Source: a virus. Taken from it: DNA of 34,919 nucleotides. The number at the start of each line of letters is the position of its first letter. Within the stretch, counting starts at the first letter, position 1. Position numbers and translations under genes: made by a program. Where the stretch lies: the IMG/VR virus record IMGVR_UViG_3300037419_000842; one strand, given 5' to 3'. This document shows positions 1-8,758 of the stretch, piece after piece. The notes under the pieces are model-generated. The model ran no database searches. It had not been told where the DNA came from and was given only the letters and a program-made list of their open reading frames with translations.

Positions 1-2
1 AA

Positions 3-269
3 GTTGATGCAGAGCAAAAGCTTGAACAAGAAAAGATTAACCTTGAAAAAGAAAAAATCATGGCTGATCAAAAGCGTGTAACTGCTCAAGGTGAAGCTGA
101 CTCTGCTCTGATTGTCGCTCAAGGTCAAGCTAAGGCAAATGCACTGTTGAATCAATCCCTTACCGACAAAGTTATCCAGAATAAAACTATCGATAAATGG
201 GATGGTAAATTGCCTGCTGTAAGTGGAAGCAATTCGATGGTTCAAGTTCCTCTACCTAACTCCAAGTAA
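3..269 (+). CDS. SPFH/prohibitin (band 7) family protein, C-terminal part (5' truncated by window)
   Basis: Frame is open from the window edge (VDAEQKLEQEK...). A coiled coil with AQGEADSALIVAQGQAKAN followed by IDKWDGKLP is typical of phage SPFH C-termini. Confidence 0.8.
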   Translation, partial: VDAEQKLEQEKINLEKEKIMADQKRVTAQGEADSALIVAQGQAKANALLNQSLTDKVIQNKTIDKWDGKLPAVSGSNSMVQVPLPNSK

Positions 270-277
270 TTGCATCT

Positions 278-306
278 TTGACAAGAGGATATAAGTGTGA
301 TATAAT
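278..306 (+). promoter_or_regulatory. SigA-type promoter for nrdA
   Basis: TTGACA-17 nt-TATAAT with TGn extended -10. Confidence 0.85.
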
Positions 307-337
307 ATAAGTTACCATTAGAGAATATGGTATTCTT

Positions 338-375
338 ATAAACGTGTCATCTCCAAAGTGAGGTGGCACGTTTAT
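338..375 (+). other. 16-bp stem-loop in nrdA leader
   Basis: ATAAACGTGTCATCTC-CAAAGT-GAGGTGGCACGTTTAT, with two G-U pairs. Confidence 0.7.
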
Positions 376-419
376 TCATCTTATAGTACATATTACACAA
401 ATGACAAGAAGGGAATGGA

Positions 420-2699
420 TTGACAATGGAAGTTATCAAGAGAAGTGGTCAGAAAGAATCTTTCAATTTCGATAAAATTATGAAGGTTCTAAAATACGCA
501 ATTCAAGATGAGGATATGTATAATGAATTTGCAGATGATTTGCAAATGAATGTTAAAAAAGATATGACTACTACGGAGATTCAGAATATCTTAATTAAAA
601 TTGCCGCAGAAAAAACTAGTGTTGAAAATACCAAATGGCAATTTGTAGCATCTAGACTATTGGCATATAATTTATATAAAGAAGCTAGTCGTAATAGAGG
701 GCATAAAAAGAAATTTGGTTATCATGGATATCCCAAAATGGTCAAAGAACTTGTTGCAAGCGGCTTATATGGTTCATACATGACAAAATCTTACACTCAC
801 TCTGAGTTAGAAGAATTGGGTAAATATATTAAACCTGAACGTGATGAGCTTTTAAACTATGGTGGAATTGATATGCTTTATCAAAAATACTTGGTCAAAA
901 GTAGAAAAGGTGATGTCATTGAACTTCCACAAGAACGCTTCATGGCTGTTGCAATGACTCTGGCTACTGTTGAGAAGAAGGGTGAACGTGTATACTGGGC
1001 TAAAAAGTTCTATGATGTAATTTCCAAGCTTGACGTTATGGTAGCTACACCAACACTTTTGAATGCTGGTAGACCGCTTACACAAATGAGTAGTTGTTTC
1101 ATTCTTACAGCAGGAGATAATCTTTGGAGTATTAAAGATGTTGATCAAAATGCCGCACAACTTTCTAAATACTCTGGTGGTATTGGAATTTATGTGGGCA
1201 AAATCAGAAGTCGAGGGGCTAAAATTCAAGGTATCAAAGGCTTAAGCAATGGTATCATTCCTTGGTTGAAAGGATATGGAATTACAGCTAAATCTGTTGA
1301 CCAACTTGGTTCTCGTAGTGGTGCAATCGCTGTTTATGTTGATTGCTGGCATCCAGACATTTTTGAAGTTCTTGGTATGAGTAAACCAAATGGTGATGAG
1401 AGAACACGTGTTCTTGACTTGTTCCCTGCAATGTGTGCATCTGATTACTTTATGGAACAAGTAAGAGCGCGTGGCAAATGGTGGCTTATTGATCCTCACG
1501 AAGTATATGACAAGAGGGGTTATTATCTTGCTGACTTCTACGGAGAAGAGTGGACTGAAATTTATAAATCTCTTGTTGAAGACGAGACAATTGAAAAAAC
1601 AGAAGTTAACGCAATTGATGTAATGCGAAAATTCCTTGAGAGCGCTTCAGAAACTGGTAAGCCATTCATGTTCTATCGTGATACAGTAAACAAAATGAAT
1701 CCCAATAAACATGCTGGAATGATTTATTCATCCAATCTATGCACAGAGATTAAACAAAATATGAGTGAGACTACATTTGATGAGCAATATGTTGATAGAC
1801 ATGGTAAATTGCATACGGTTAAAAATGTTGGTGATACAGTAGTTTGTAATCTATCTTCTTTTAACATGGACAGAGCAAATCATCTGACAGAAGAAGAATT
1901 TGAAGAAACATTATATCTACAAATGCGTATGCTTGACAATGTTATTGATGTAAACTTCTATCCTATCAAAGAAGCAGAAGTGACGAATAAGAAATATCGT
2001 GCTGTTGGTGCTGGTATTATGAACTATCACGCTTACATGGCTAATAAGGGTATTGTTTGGGAATCTGAAGCACATATTGCAGAAGCAGACAGGTTCTTTG
2101 CAAAGTGGAATTACTATATCGTAAAAGCAAGTTATCTTTTGGCTCAAGAACGTGGAGCTTACTCTGTATTTGAAGGCTCTGACTATAATACTGGAGATTA
2201 TTTCGTTATTCGTGGACTCTGTACACGTGATGAAGAAGGGAATTTGCAACCAGTCGAAGGCAATGAACACTGGTACGATCTTGCGGTTAATATTGTGGAA
2301 AATGGTGTACGTAACGGCTGGATGGAAGCGATTGCTCCAACTGCAAGCATTTCTGTAATCTCTGGAACAACGGCTGGAACTGACCCAATCTTCAGCAAAT
2401 TCTTCTTTGAAGAAAAGAAGTATGGTATGATTCCGCAAGTTGCTCCTAATCTTAACGAAGACAATTTCTTTTACTATAAAGAAGCTAATACAATTAATCA
2501 AACTTACTCTATTAGAGCGCAAGGAGCTAGACAAAAGCATATTGATCAAGGAAATTCTTTCAATCTTTATGTTAATCAAAATACGACTCCTAAAGAAATG
2601 CTTGACTTCTATGATCTTGCATGGCAAGAAGGTTTGAAATCTGTTTACTACATGCGTACAAAGACACTAAGCGTTGAAGAGTGCTTGAGTTGCCAATAA
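420..2699 (+). CDS. nrdA: Ribonucleoside-diphosphate reductase class Ia alpha subunit
   Basis: N-terminal ATP cone (VIKRSGQKESFNFDKI), ATPTLLNAG, SSCF, SNLCTEI, CNLSS, APTASIS, GLKSVYY and C-terminal CLSC. Start is TTG 420 or ATG 426. Uninterrupted. Confidence 0.97.
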   Translation: MTMEVIKRSGQKESFNFDKIMKVLKYAIQDEDMYNEFADDLQMNVKKDMTTTEIQNILIKIAAEKTSVENTKWQFVASRLLAYNLYKEASRNRGHKKKFGYHGYPKMVKELVASGLYGSYMTKSYTHSELEELGKYIKPERDELLNYGGIDMLYQKYLVKSRKGDVIELPQERFMAVAMTLATVEKKGERVYWAKKFYDVISKLDVMVATPTLLNAGRPLTQMSSCFILTAGDNLWSIKDVDQNAAQLSKYSGGIGIYVGKIRSRGAKIQGIKGLSNGIIPWLKGYGITAKSVDQLGSRSGAIAVYVDCWHPDIFEVLGMSKPNGDERTRVLDLFPAMCASDYFMEQVRARGKWWLIDPHEVYDKRGYYLADFYGEEWTEIYKSLVEDETIEKTEVNAIDVMRKFLESASETGKPFMFYRDTVNKMNPNKHAGMIYSSNLCTEIKQNMSETTFDEQYVDRHGKLHTVKNVGDTVVCNLSSFNMDRANHLTEEEFEETLYLQMRMLDNVIDVNFYPIKEAEVTNKKYRAVGAGIMNYHAYMANKGIVWESEAHIAEADRFFAKWNYYIVKASYLLAQERGAYSVFEGSDYNTGDYFVIRGLCTRDEEGNLQPVEGNEHWYDLAVNIVENGVRNGWMEAIAPTASISVISGTTAGTDPIFSKFFFEEKKYGMIPQVAPNLNEDNFFYYKEANTINQTYSIRAQGARQKHIDQGNSFNLYVNQNTTPKEMLDFYDLAWQEGLKSVYYMRTKTLSVEECLSCQ

Positions 2700-2747
2700 A
2701 CAATTTAAAAGTTTCGTGGTATCGTTTTTAATAATCTAAGAATAAAT

Positions 2748-2773
2748 AGTGTGGCGTTTAATAGCGCCACACT
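2748..2773 (+). other. Stem-loop between nrdA and nrdB, no U-tract
   Basis: AGTGTGGCG-TTTAATAG-CGCCACACT, directly after a copy of the 16-bp motif at 2732-2747. Confidence 0.6.
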
Positions 2774-2787
2774 GACATAAAAGGAGA

Positions 2788-3828
2788 ATGAACATGAATT
2801 TAGATAAAAAGAAACTATTTAATGAGAATGGTGATCGTGGCACAAAACGTATGATTGGTGGCTCCACTACAAATATTCGTGAATGGAATCGTGCCAAATA
2901 TCCTTGGGCTAATCAACTTAGAGTAGTTATGGAGAAAAACTTTTGGGTAGCTGATAACGTTTCTATGACTCAGGACAAGACTGACTTTAAAATGTTAAGT
3001 ACTGCTGAACGTAGAGCATTTGACAAGTTTATTTCATTCCTCAATTTCCTTGATTCATTGCAATGTGAGAACCTTGACTTCCTTAAGTCTTATATCACAG
3101 CACCAGAAGTATCTAGTTTGCTTACACGACAAGCATTCCAAGAAGAGGTTCATGCCCAAAGTTATTCTGTTGTAATTGACACTGTTTGCGATTGGGAAAC
3201 ACAGGAGAAGATTTATGATGAGTGGCGTAACGATCCCCTTATGTTTGAGCGCAATAAGATGATTGCTGATCTGTATCAGAATTTCATTGATGATCCAACT
3301 GATGCAAACTTTGTCAAATCCTGTATGGCTAACTATTTACTTGAAGGAATCTATTTCTATTCTGCATTCACGTTCTTTTATTCTCTTGCTAGGAATAAGA
3401 AGATGATTAATACTGCTAGTATGATTAAAGAGATTCAAAAAGATGAGATTACTCATGTTGTTATGTTCGAAAACATTTTGAAAGAGCTTCAAAAAGAAAA
3501 TCCTGAACTGTTTACTCCTGAGTTTATTGAAGAGTTGCGTGAAATGGCACGTACTGCTGTCAAATGGGAAGTTGCATTTGGATTCCATGTTATGAATGAT
3601 GAAATTGACGGAATCACAAATGTACAACTTGAAGCGTACATTAAATTCCTTGCAAACAATCGTATGAAGCGTATTGGATGGGAAGACTTGTATCCAGAAG
3701 TAGGACATAAGAATCCTATGAAATGGGTAGAGAGTTATGAAGATCAAAACAATACTAAACAGGACTACTTTCAAACGACTGTTACAAATTACCAGAAGAC
3801 TCATGATAAAAATTGGGGAGACCTGTAA
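2788..3828 (+). CDS. nrdB: Ribonucleotide reductase class I beta subunit
   Basis: Di-metal ligands and radical Tyr are present: FLDSLQ, QEEVHAQSY, LLEGIYF, KDEITH. RBS AAGGAG; start may be ATG 2794. Confidence 0.96.
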   Translation: MNMNLDKKKLFNENGDRGTKRMIGGSTTNIREWNRAKYPWANQLRVVMEKNFWVADNVSMTQDKTDFKMLSTAERRAFDKFISFLNFLDSLQCENLDFLKSYITAPEVSSLLTRQAFQEEVHAQSYSVVIDTVCDWETQEKIYDEWRNDPLMFERNKMIADLYQNFIDDPTDANFVKSCMANYLLEGIYFYSAFTFFYSLARNKKMINTASMIKEIQKDEITHVVMFENILKELQKENPELFTPEFIEELREMARTAVKWEVAFGFHVMNDEIDGITNVQLEAYIKFLANNRMKRIGWEDLYPEVGHKNPMKWVESYEDQNNTKQDYFQTTVTNYQKTHDKNWGDL

Positions 3829-3840
3829 GGAGAGATTTAA

Positions 3841-4146
3841 ATGATTATTAATATTAAAGATAAAGATGAATTTATGAAATTGAAAAAAGGCGAGACTATC
3901 GTTAAATTCGGTGCTCCGTGGTGTGGTCCATGTAAATCTGTTGATGGGTTACTGGATACACTTTCTTTGGATACTATTGCCAATATTCTGAAGGTTAATG
4001 TTGATGAAAATCCAGATATTGCAGGAGATTTTAAAATTATGTCTATCCCTGTCGTAATTCTGTTTGATGCTGAAGGAAATGAAATAAGGCGATCAAATGG
4101 ATTTAAGCCGGGAGAGCTTCAAGAAATTATCGATCTTACAAAATAA
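3841..4146 (+). CDS. trxA: Thioredoxin
   Basis: WCGPC active site, SIP cis-Pro motif, position after nrdAB. Confidence 0.95.
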   Translation: MIINIKDKDEFMKLKKGETIVKFGAPWCGPCKSVDGLLDTLSLDTIANILKVNVDENPDIAGDFKIMSIPVVILFDAEGNEIRRSNGFKPGELQEIIDLTK

Positions 4147-4149
4147 TCA

Positions 4150-4178
4150 TTGACAGATGCAAGAATAAATGATATAAT
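4150..4178 (+). promoter_or_regulatory. SigA-type promoter for dut cluster
   Basis: TTGACA-17-TATAAT with TGn. The spacer contains the 16-bp motif (4155-4170). Confidence 0.85.
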
Positions 4179-4200
4179 AACTTATGTAATTGAGAAACAA

Positions 4201-4215
4201 AGAAAGCGCTTTCAT
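4201..4215. promoter_or_regulatory. cre-like (CcpA/LacI-type) palindromic operator
   Basis: AGAAAGCGCTTTCAT; the reverse strand ATGAAAGCGCTTTCT fits WTGNAANCGNWNNCW. Lies just downstream of the promoter. Confidence 0.4.
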
Positions 4216-4260
4216 AAGCTTATCTTATATAAACCACATACTAAAGGAGATGCATTTAAC

Positions 4261-4911
4261 ATGGCTAAACGCTACTACAAATTGCAAGAAACGATCTGGA
4301 TCAAAGAACTTAAGAAAACTGGTGTTGTTCAAAAACTTGACATTCCTAACCTTCAAGCAGAAGTTACTTATGTTGCAAGCCGCGAAGGTGGCAATACGGT
4401 AATTAATCGTCAAACATTCAAATTTGAACAGATTGACAAGCTGAAGCGTAAAGATGAGGTAGCTAAGACTGATGAGAAACCGCTTACAATTCTCGTTAAA
4501 TACTTTGATGGGGACTCAGAAGAAATTACGAAAATTCCTAATGGAGACTGGATTGATCTTCGTTCTGCTGTGTCAATGGAATATAAAGCAGGAGAATCTA
4601 TTAAATTACCTCTTGGAGTTGCGATGTCTCTTCCATTCACTTACGAAGCCCATGTTGCTCCGCGTGGTAGCACATTTAAGAATTACGGAGTTATTCAAAC
4701 AAACTCTGTTGGTATTGTAGATGAGAGTTATAAAGGGCCAGATGATCAATGGTTCTTGCCATTGTACGCATTGCGCGATGGAAAGATTGAGAAAGGTGAT
4801 CGCGTTTGTCAATTCCGTATTATGAAGAAAATGGAAAAAGTTAACCTTGTTAGAGTAGAAGAACTGAAGAGTCCTAATAGAAATGGTTATGGCTCTACTG
4901 GAACAAAATAA
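4261..4911 (+). CDS. dut: Trimeric dUTPase with about 70-aa N-terminal extension
   Basis: Motifs [35 protein letters not shown]. Start reassigned to ATG 4261 behind AAAGGAG, because the ORF-track TTG 4150 is the -35 box. Confidence 0.93.
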   Translation: MAKRYYKLQETIWIKELKKTGVVQKLDIPNLQAEVTYVASREGGNTVINRQTFKFEQIDKLKRKDEVAKTDEKPLTILVKYFDGDSEEITKIPNGDWIDLRSAVSMEYKAGESIKLPLGVAMSLPFTYEAHVAPRGSTFKNYGVIQTNSVGIVDESYKGPDDQWFLPLYALRDGKIEKGDRVCQFRIMKKMEKVNLVRVEELKSPNRNGYGSTGTK

Positions 4912-5637
4912 ATGAAGGAAATAGAAACAAAGAAAGGATATGTACTCGTAGATGACCATGTTTATGAGTACATATCTCAATGGAGATGGCAAATAGGTAA
5001 AAACGGCTATGCTTGCAGAGACTTTTATGAAAGAGGAAAAAGAAAAACAGTAAACTTGCATAGACTTATTTGGGAAAAATTTGTTGGTACAATTTCTGAC
5101 GGCCTTTATGTAGATCATATTAATAGGGATAGGCTAGATAATACGTTAGATAATTTAAGACTTGTGACTCCTCATCAAAACAGTCTGAATTCTAGCAAGC
5201 AATCAAACAACTTGTCTTCTAAATATAAAGGTGTAACAAAAAATAAGCAAACTGGTAATTGGGTAGCCTATATAACAAAGCACAAGAAAAGGAATTGTAT
5301 TGGCTCCTTTACAAATGAAGAAGCCGCCGCCAATGCCTACAACTATCATGCAGAAAAAGAATTTGGAGATTTTTCTAGTCTTAATGAAGTTGAAATTGTG
5401 ATGAGTTACAGTGAGTGGAATAAATTTATGTTACCAAAAAGAGGTTTAAATAATTACTCTGGCATATCTTTTAGAAAAGATAATGGCAAATGGAGGGTTT
5501 TATTGTACGATCTTCAAAAAAATAAAATCAATGTTGGTCATTATAACTCTGAAAGAGAAGCATTGATTGCAAGAAATAATTATGTAACAAATCATCTAGA
5601 GCTTGCTGATAAATATCCAATTGAAGAGTATGAGTAA
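4912..5637 (+). CDS. Free-standing HNH homing endonuclease with two AP2-like DNA-binding domains
   Basis: LHRLIW...VDHINRDRLDNTLDNLR, SKYKGV...W...IGSFTNEEAAANAYN, and a second repeat YSGISF...KW...VGHYNSEREALIARN. Confidence 0.9.
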   Translation: MKEIETKKGYVLVDDHVYEYISQWRWQIGKNGYACRDFYERGKRKTVNLHRLIWEKFVGTISDGLYVDHINRDRLDNTLDNLRLVTPHQNSLNSSKQSNNLSSKYKGVTKNKQTGNWVAYITKHKKRNCIGSFTNEEAAANAYNYHAEKEFGDFSSLNEVEIVMSYSEWNKFMLPKRGLNNYSGISFRKDNGKWRVLLYDLQKNKINVGHYNSEREALIARNNYVTNHLELADKYPIEEYE

Positions 5638-5651
5638 ATGTAAGATAAAAT
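5636..5651 (+). repeat. Dispersed 16-bp motif AAATGTAAGATAAAAT (exact copies also at 11306 and 13242; variants elsewhere)
   Basis: Variant copies at 2732, 4155, 10662, 14263, 17175, 18988, 24030 and 27035. All are on the + strand at gene boundaries or promoters. Confidence 0.8.
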
Positions 5652-5704
5652 AAGGCTAAGAGGTCATGAACTTCTTAGCCAAACTTTTTCTAAGGAGTGA
5701 TAAT

Positions 5705-5980
5705 ATGGAACTTAAATTTACAGAAAAAGAACTTAAAGATATTATGTGGAGTGATTCAGATCATGAACTTGTTTATGAGGGCGACTGGGAGGATCAGGGC
5801 AAATATCAGATTTCCGAAGTAGTATTTCGTCATGCAGAAGATGGAAAGTTTTATATGTTCGCACCAGTCAGAACGGGAAATCATTATAGTGGTTATGAGC
5901 TAGAGTTTTGGGACACTGACGTATGGGAAGTTGAACAAAAAGAAATTGTAGTTACAAAATGGGTTGAAGTAAATGGCTAA
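5705..5980 (+). CDS. Hypothetical acidic phage protein
   Basis: ATG 5705 behind AAGGAG; 91 aa. Confidence 0.7.
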   Translation: MELKFTEKELKDIMWSDSDHELVYEGDWEDQGKYQISEVVFRHAEDGKFYMFAPVRTGNHYSGYELEFWDTDVWEVEQKEIVVTKWVEVNG

Positions 5981-6152
5981 AATGTGCGAGAACGGATGTC
6001 ATATTATTTGTGATTTTTGTATTTATTATAAAGATAATTATGAAGATAATGAATTTTGTGGAGAAGGAATTTGTACAAAAACAAATACAGAAACAAGCTT
6101 CTCAGGAGCATGTGAAGAATTTGAGTGTTTTAATTATAGAAAAGGTGAGTGA
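5973..6152 (+). CDS. Small Cys-rich protein (59 aa, below the ORF-track cutoff)
   Basis: MAKMCENGCHIICDFCIYY...CGEGIC...CEEFECF; fills the gap and overlaps the upstream stop. Confidence 0.65.
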   Translation: MAKMCENGCHIICDFCIYYKDNYEDNEFCGEGICTKTNTETSFSGACEEFECFNYRKGE

Positions 6153-6157
6153 ACAAA

Positions 6158-6820
6158 ATGGCAAATTATAGTTTTATTAAAGACAATGGTATTGTGTTGA
6201 ACGTAATCAAAGCATCTCCAAACAATATTATCCTTAAAGCAATTAACAGCAACGTTCTGTCTACAACTGATTTTGGAATAAATGGTGGATTTTTTTACAA
6301 TACTGATTTGTTATCCATTGCAGTAAACAACGACGTTCCAGTTAAAGGGGTAGCTGATGGCTATGGTTCTGGTTGGTTTAATGAAAAATATAAGCGTGGA
6401 ACACTTGTTTGGGATAAATCTGCAAGCAAATATAGTGTGCAAGTTGTAAGTTCTGCAAGTGATATTCAAGTTACTAGTCGTATTTCCTATTGGGCACAAG
6501 GTGGCATTAGTATGGGGCTTCAAAATGAGTCTGGTTGGTATGATCAAGCGTCTGCTGAAGGCATGCCAAATATCGACGGCAAAACGACTCGTACAGCGTT
6601 GGTTTACAACAGTGGTCTTAACATCTGGCTGGTAGTTACAGAGACGCCATGTACAGCAGAAGCGTTTAGGAGCGCTATCAAAGGTCAAATTGGTTCGGGA
6701 ACATTGGTTGACGGCGTATTTCTCGACTCTGGTGGAAGTTCTCAGATGAGATGTGCTGAAGTAAGCATTGATGGAGATGGGAGAACTGTTAGGCAAATGA
6801 TTGCGCTTATTAATAAATAA
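6158..6820 (+). CDS. Phosphodiester glycosidase (NAGPA-like) family protein
   Basis: GINGGFF, RTAL, FLDSGGSSQM and GRTV motifs. No signal peptide evident. Confidence 0.8.
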   Translation: MANYSFIKDNGIVLNVIKASPNNIILKAINSNVLSTTDFGINGGFFYNTDLLSIAVNNDVPVKGVADGYGSGWFNEKYKRGTLVWDKSASKYSVQVVSSASDIQVTSRISYWAQGGISMGLQNESGWYDQASAEGMPNIDGKTTRTALVYNSGLNIWLVVTETPCTAEAFRSAIKGQIGSGTLVDGVFLDSGGSSQMRCAEVSIDGDGRTVRQMIALINK

Positions 6821-6832
6821 GGTGGAGATAAA

Positions 6833-7126
6833 ATGGGTGTAGATTGGTATTCTTGTAGAAATTGTGGAGACACGTTCCCTGACTGTGGCCCACATGAAAG
6901 TTGTGAATGTGGAGAACATTGGTGCTGTAGCAGTTGTGCTGAAGAAGATGGAATAAATTATAAATACGATGAAGAAGATGACTATGAAACAATCAGTTGC
7001 AATTATTGTCGCGAAGAAGATTTCGAAGATTATGAACTTCTATATTTTCTTTTTGAAAAGCATAACACTTCCAGACAAAAAGTAATTGAGCAATATAAGC
7101 AATGGAAGGAAGATGACAATGAGTAA
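6833..7126 (+). CDS. Cys-rich putative zinc-binding protein
   Basis: CRNC, CECG, WCCSSC, CNYC; RBS AAGGTGG. Confidence 0.7.
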   Translation: MGVDWYSCRNCGDTFPDCGPHESCECGEHWCCSSCAEEDGINYKYDEEDDYETISCNYCREEDFEDYELLYFLFEKHNTSRQKVIEQYKQWKEDDNE

Positions 7127-7631
7127 ATTATACGAACTTTCAGAATCATTTCGTAAGCTATACGAAATATTTGAAGATGCTCTTGACAATGATGAACTTG
7201 ATGCTGATTCTGAAGAAATGTTTCTAGATACGCTCGAAAGTCTTGAAGGTGAAATCAGTTTCAAAGTAGAAAATATCTGTAAATTTATAAAAAATATTGA
7301 TGGTGACATTAAGGCTCTTAAGGCTGAAGAAGATCGTCTAAGCAAAAAACGTAAGGCAATGGAAAACAAAGTTGAATCTCTTAAGAAATATATGTCTGAT
7401 ATGCTTATCAATGCCAAAATCAAGGAAGTTAAAGCTGGAAATTTCAAAGTAAAATTTCAAGCAAGTCCTCCAAGCGTTGAAATTCTTAATCCTGAGCTTA
7501 TTCCTGCTCAATATCGTGAGCCACAAGAAGATAAAATTCTAAAGTCTGAAATTATGAAAGAATTGAAAGACAAAAAAGAAGTTGCTGGTGCTAAACTAGT
7601 AGATGACAAAGTTCATTTACGCATCACTTAA
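7119..7631 (+). CDS. Siphovirus Gp157 family protein
   Basis: MSKLYEL...DTLESLEGE...K.ENI..FIKN...KAEEDRL...LKKY...PPSVEI...IP..Y...K..I...LK...V.GAKL. Start after AAGGAAG. Confidence 0.88.
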   Translation: MSKLYELSESFRKLYEIFEDALDNDELDADSEEMFLDTLESLEGEISFKVENICKFIKNIDGDIKALKAEEDRLSKKRKAMENKVESLKKYMSDMLINAKIKEVKAGNFKVKFQASPPSVEILNPELIPAQYREPQEDKILKSEIMKELKDKKEVAGAKLVDDKVHLRIT

Positions 7632-7643
7632 GGAGGCTAAAAC

Positions 7644-7979
7644 ATGAGTGTAGAACGCAAGGATTATATTGTTCTTGGCACAAACATTAGAGATCACTAT
7701 GATGCTAACTATGACGAGTGGTGGGAAGATGACGAAATGGTTCTCTATCTTGAAGGTTCTTCAGAGGTAGAATTTCAAATTATTCCATCTTGTTATGATA
7801 GTAGTTATGCTATTGCTGGCAAAATTCTAGGAGAATATGATTACCATGAAGGATTGCCAATGATTAATCTTGCTAATTTTAATTTTGATGCTGAAGACTA
7901 TTTCAAAGTTGAAAAGTTTTTGCATAAGTTTAGTTTAAATCTAAAGCCAGAGCTTTTAATTTTCACACATTGGTACTAA
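7644..7979 (+). CDS. Hypothetical phage protein
   Basis: RBS AAGGAGG, 111 aa, in an operon. Confidence 0.7.
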   Translation: MSVERKDYIVLGTNIRDHYDANYDEWWEDDEMVLYLEGSSEVEFQIIPSCYDSSYAIAGKILGEYDYHEGLPMINLANFNFDAEDYFKVEKFLHKFSLNLKPELLIFTHWY

Positions 7980-7995
7980 TCGTAGGAGGTCAGAT

Positions 7996-8199
7996 ATGAA
8001 AGAATATTTTGTTGTAGTAGTAAATGCTCAATTTAACATAAAAACTTCTGATTATTCTGTAGGTAATTTTGACAATTATCCAACACTTGACCAAATTAAA
8101 GATGCCATACTAAGTATTGACGGAACAGGAACTGAACATTCGAAATTTAGAGCTAATTATGCAAGAGTTGAAAAACGATATAACTTACAGGAGGAATAA
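7996..8199 (+). CDS. Hypothetical phage protein
   Basis: RBS AGGAGG, 67 aa. Confidence 0.65.
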   Translation: MKEYFVVVVNAQFNIKTSDYSVGNFDNYPTLDQIKDAILSIDGTGTEHSKFRANYARVEKRYNLQEE

Positions 8200-8202
8200 A
8201 AA

Positions 8203-8460
8203 ATGATAGATAAATCTAATTATGGCAAAGTTGGAGACGCACTTTATGTTAAAATGACAGAAAAAACTTTTTCTGATAAAGCAAGCAGAGGATTTCATTT
8301 AATTAAAGATATGACCGTCTTTACGCCAGAACAAATTAATTCTGGATTTTTTGGAGCTATTGCCACTGGTATTCCTATTTGTATTGACAATAATACTCAG
8401 GGTGATTATGAAGTTGTTTGTGAATACGGAATTGAAATTCATGAATGGGATGATAAATAA
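8203..8460 (+). CDS. Hypothetical phage protein
   Basis: RBS AGGAGG, 85 aa. Confidence 0.65.
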   Translation: MIDKSNYGKVGDALYVKMTEKTFSDKASRGFHLIKDMTVFTPEQINSGFFGAIATGIPICIDNNTQGDYEVVCEYGIEIHEWDDK

Positions 8461-8461
8461 A

Positions 8462-8758
8462 ATGAAAAAATACGCTATTTATTATGGTCTTGGTGGAGGA
8501 TTTGGTGGAGCACGGTTCAGCCATATCGAAAGTTTTTATAATTATGACTCTGCAATGGATTACGCTTATGAGTATGCTTTAGAAGAGTATATTAATTACA
8601 CAGGACTTCATGGACTACGTAGTTATGAAGAGATTATGGAAGAAGAAGGCGTAGATCAATTCGATGCAGAAGAAATTATGCTTCAAGATGCTGAATCATG
8701 GCTTGACTACTATGTAAAAGAAGTATTAGATGATCAAACAGAAGAGGATTTTGAATAA
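8462..8758 (+). CDS. Hypothetical acidic phage protein
   Basis: Start reassigned to ATG 8462 right after the upstream stop; YGLGGGFGGA motif. Confidence 0.65.
   Translation: MKKYAIYYGLGGGFGGARFSHIESFYNYDSAMDYAYEYALEEYINYTGLHGLRSYEEIMEEEGVDQFDAEEIMLQDAESWLDYYVKEVLDDQTEEDFE

Noticed and set aside
376-410. Possible NrdR box upstream of nrdA
   Set aside because: No convincing match to the acaCwAtATaTwGtg palindrome.
4150-4260. ORF-track N-terminal 37 aa of dUTPase from TTG 4150
   Set aside because: The TTG is part of the TTGACA -35 box and has no RBS; ATG 4261 has AAAGGAG.
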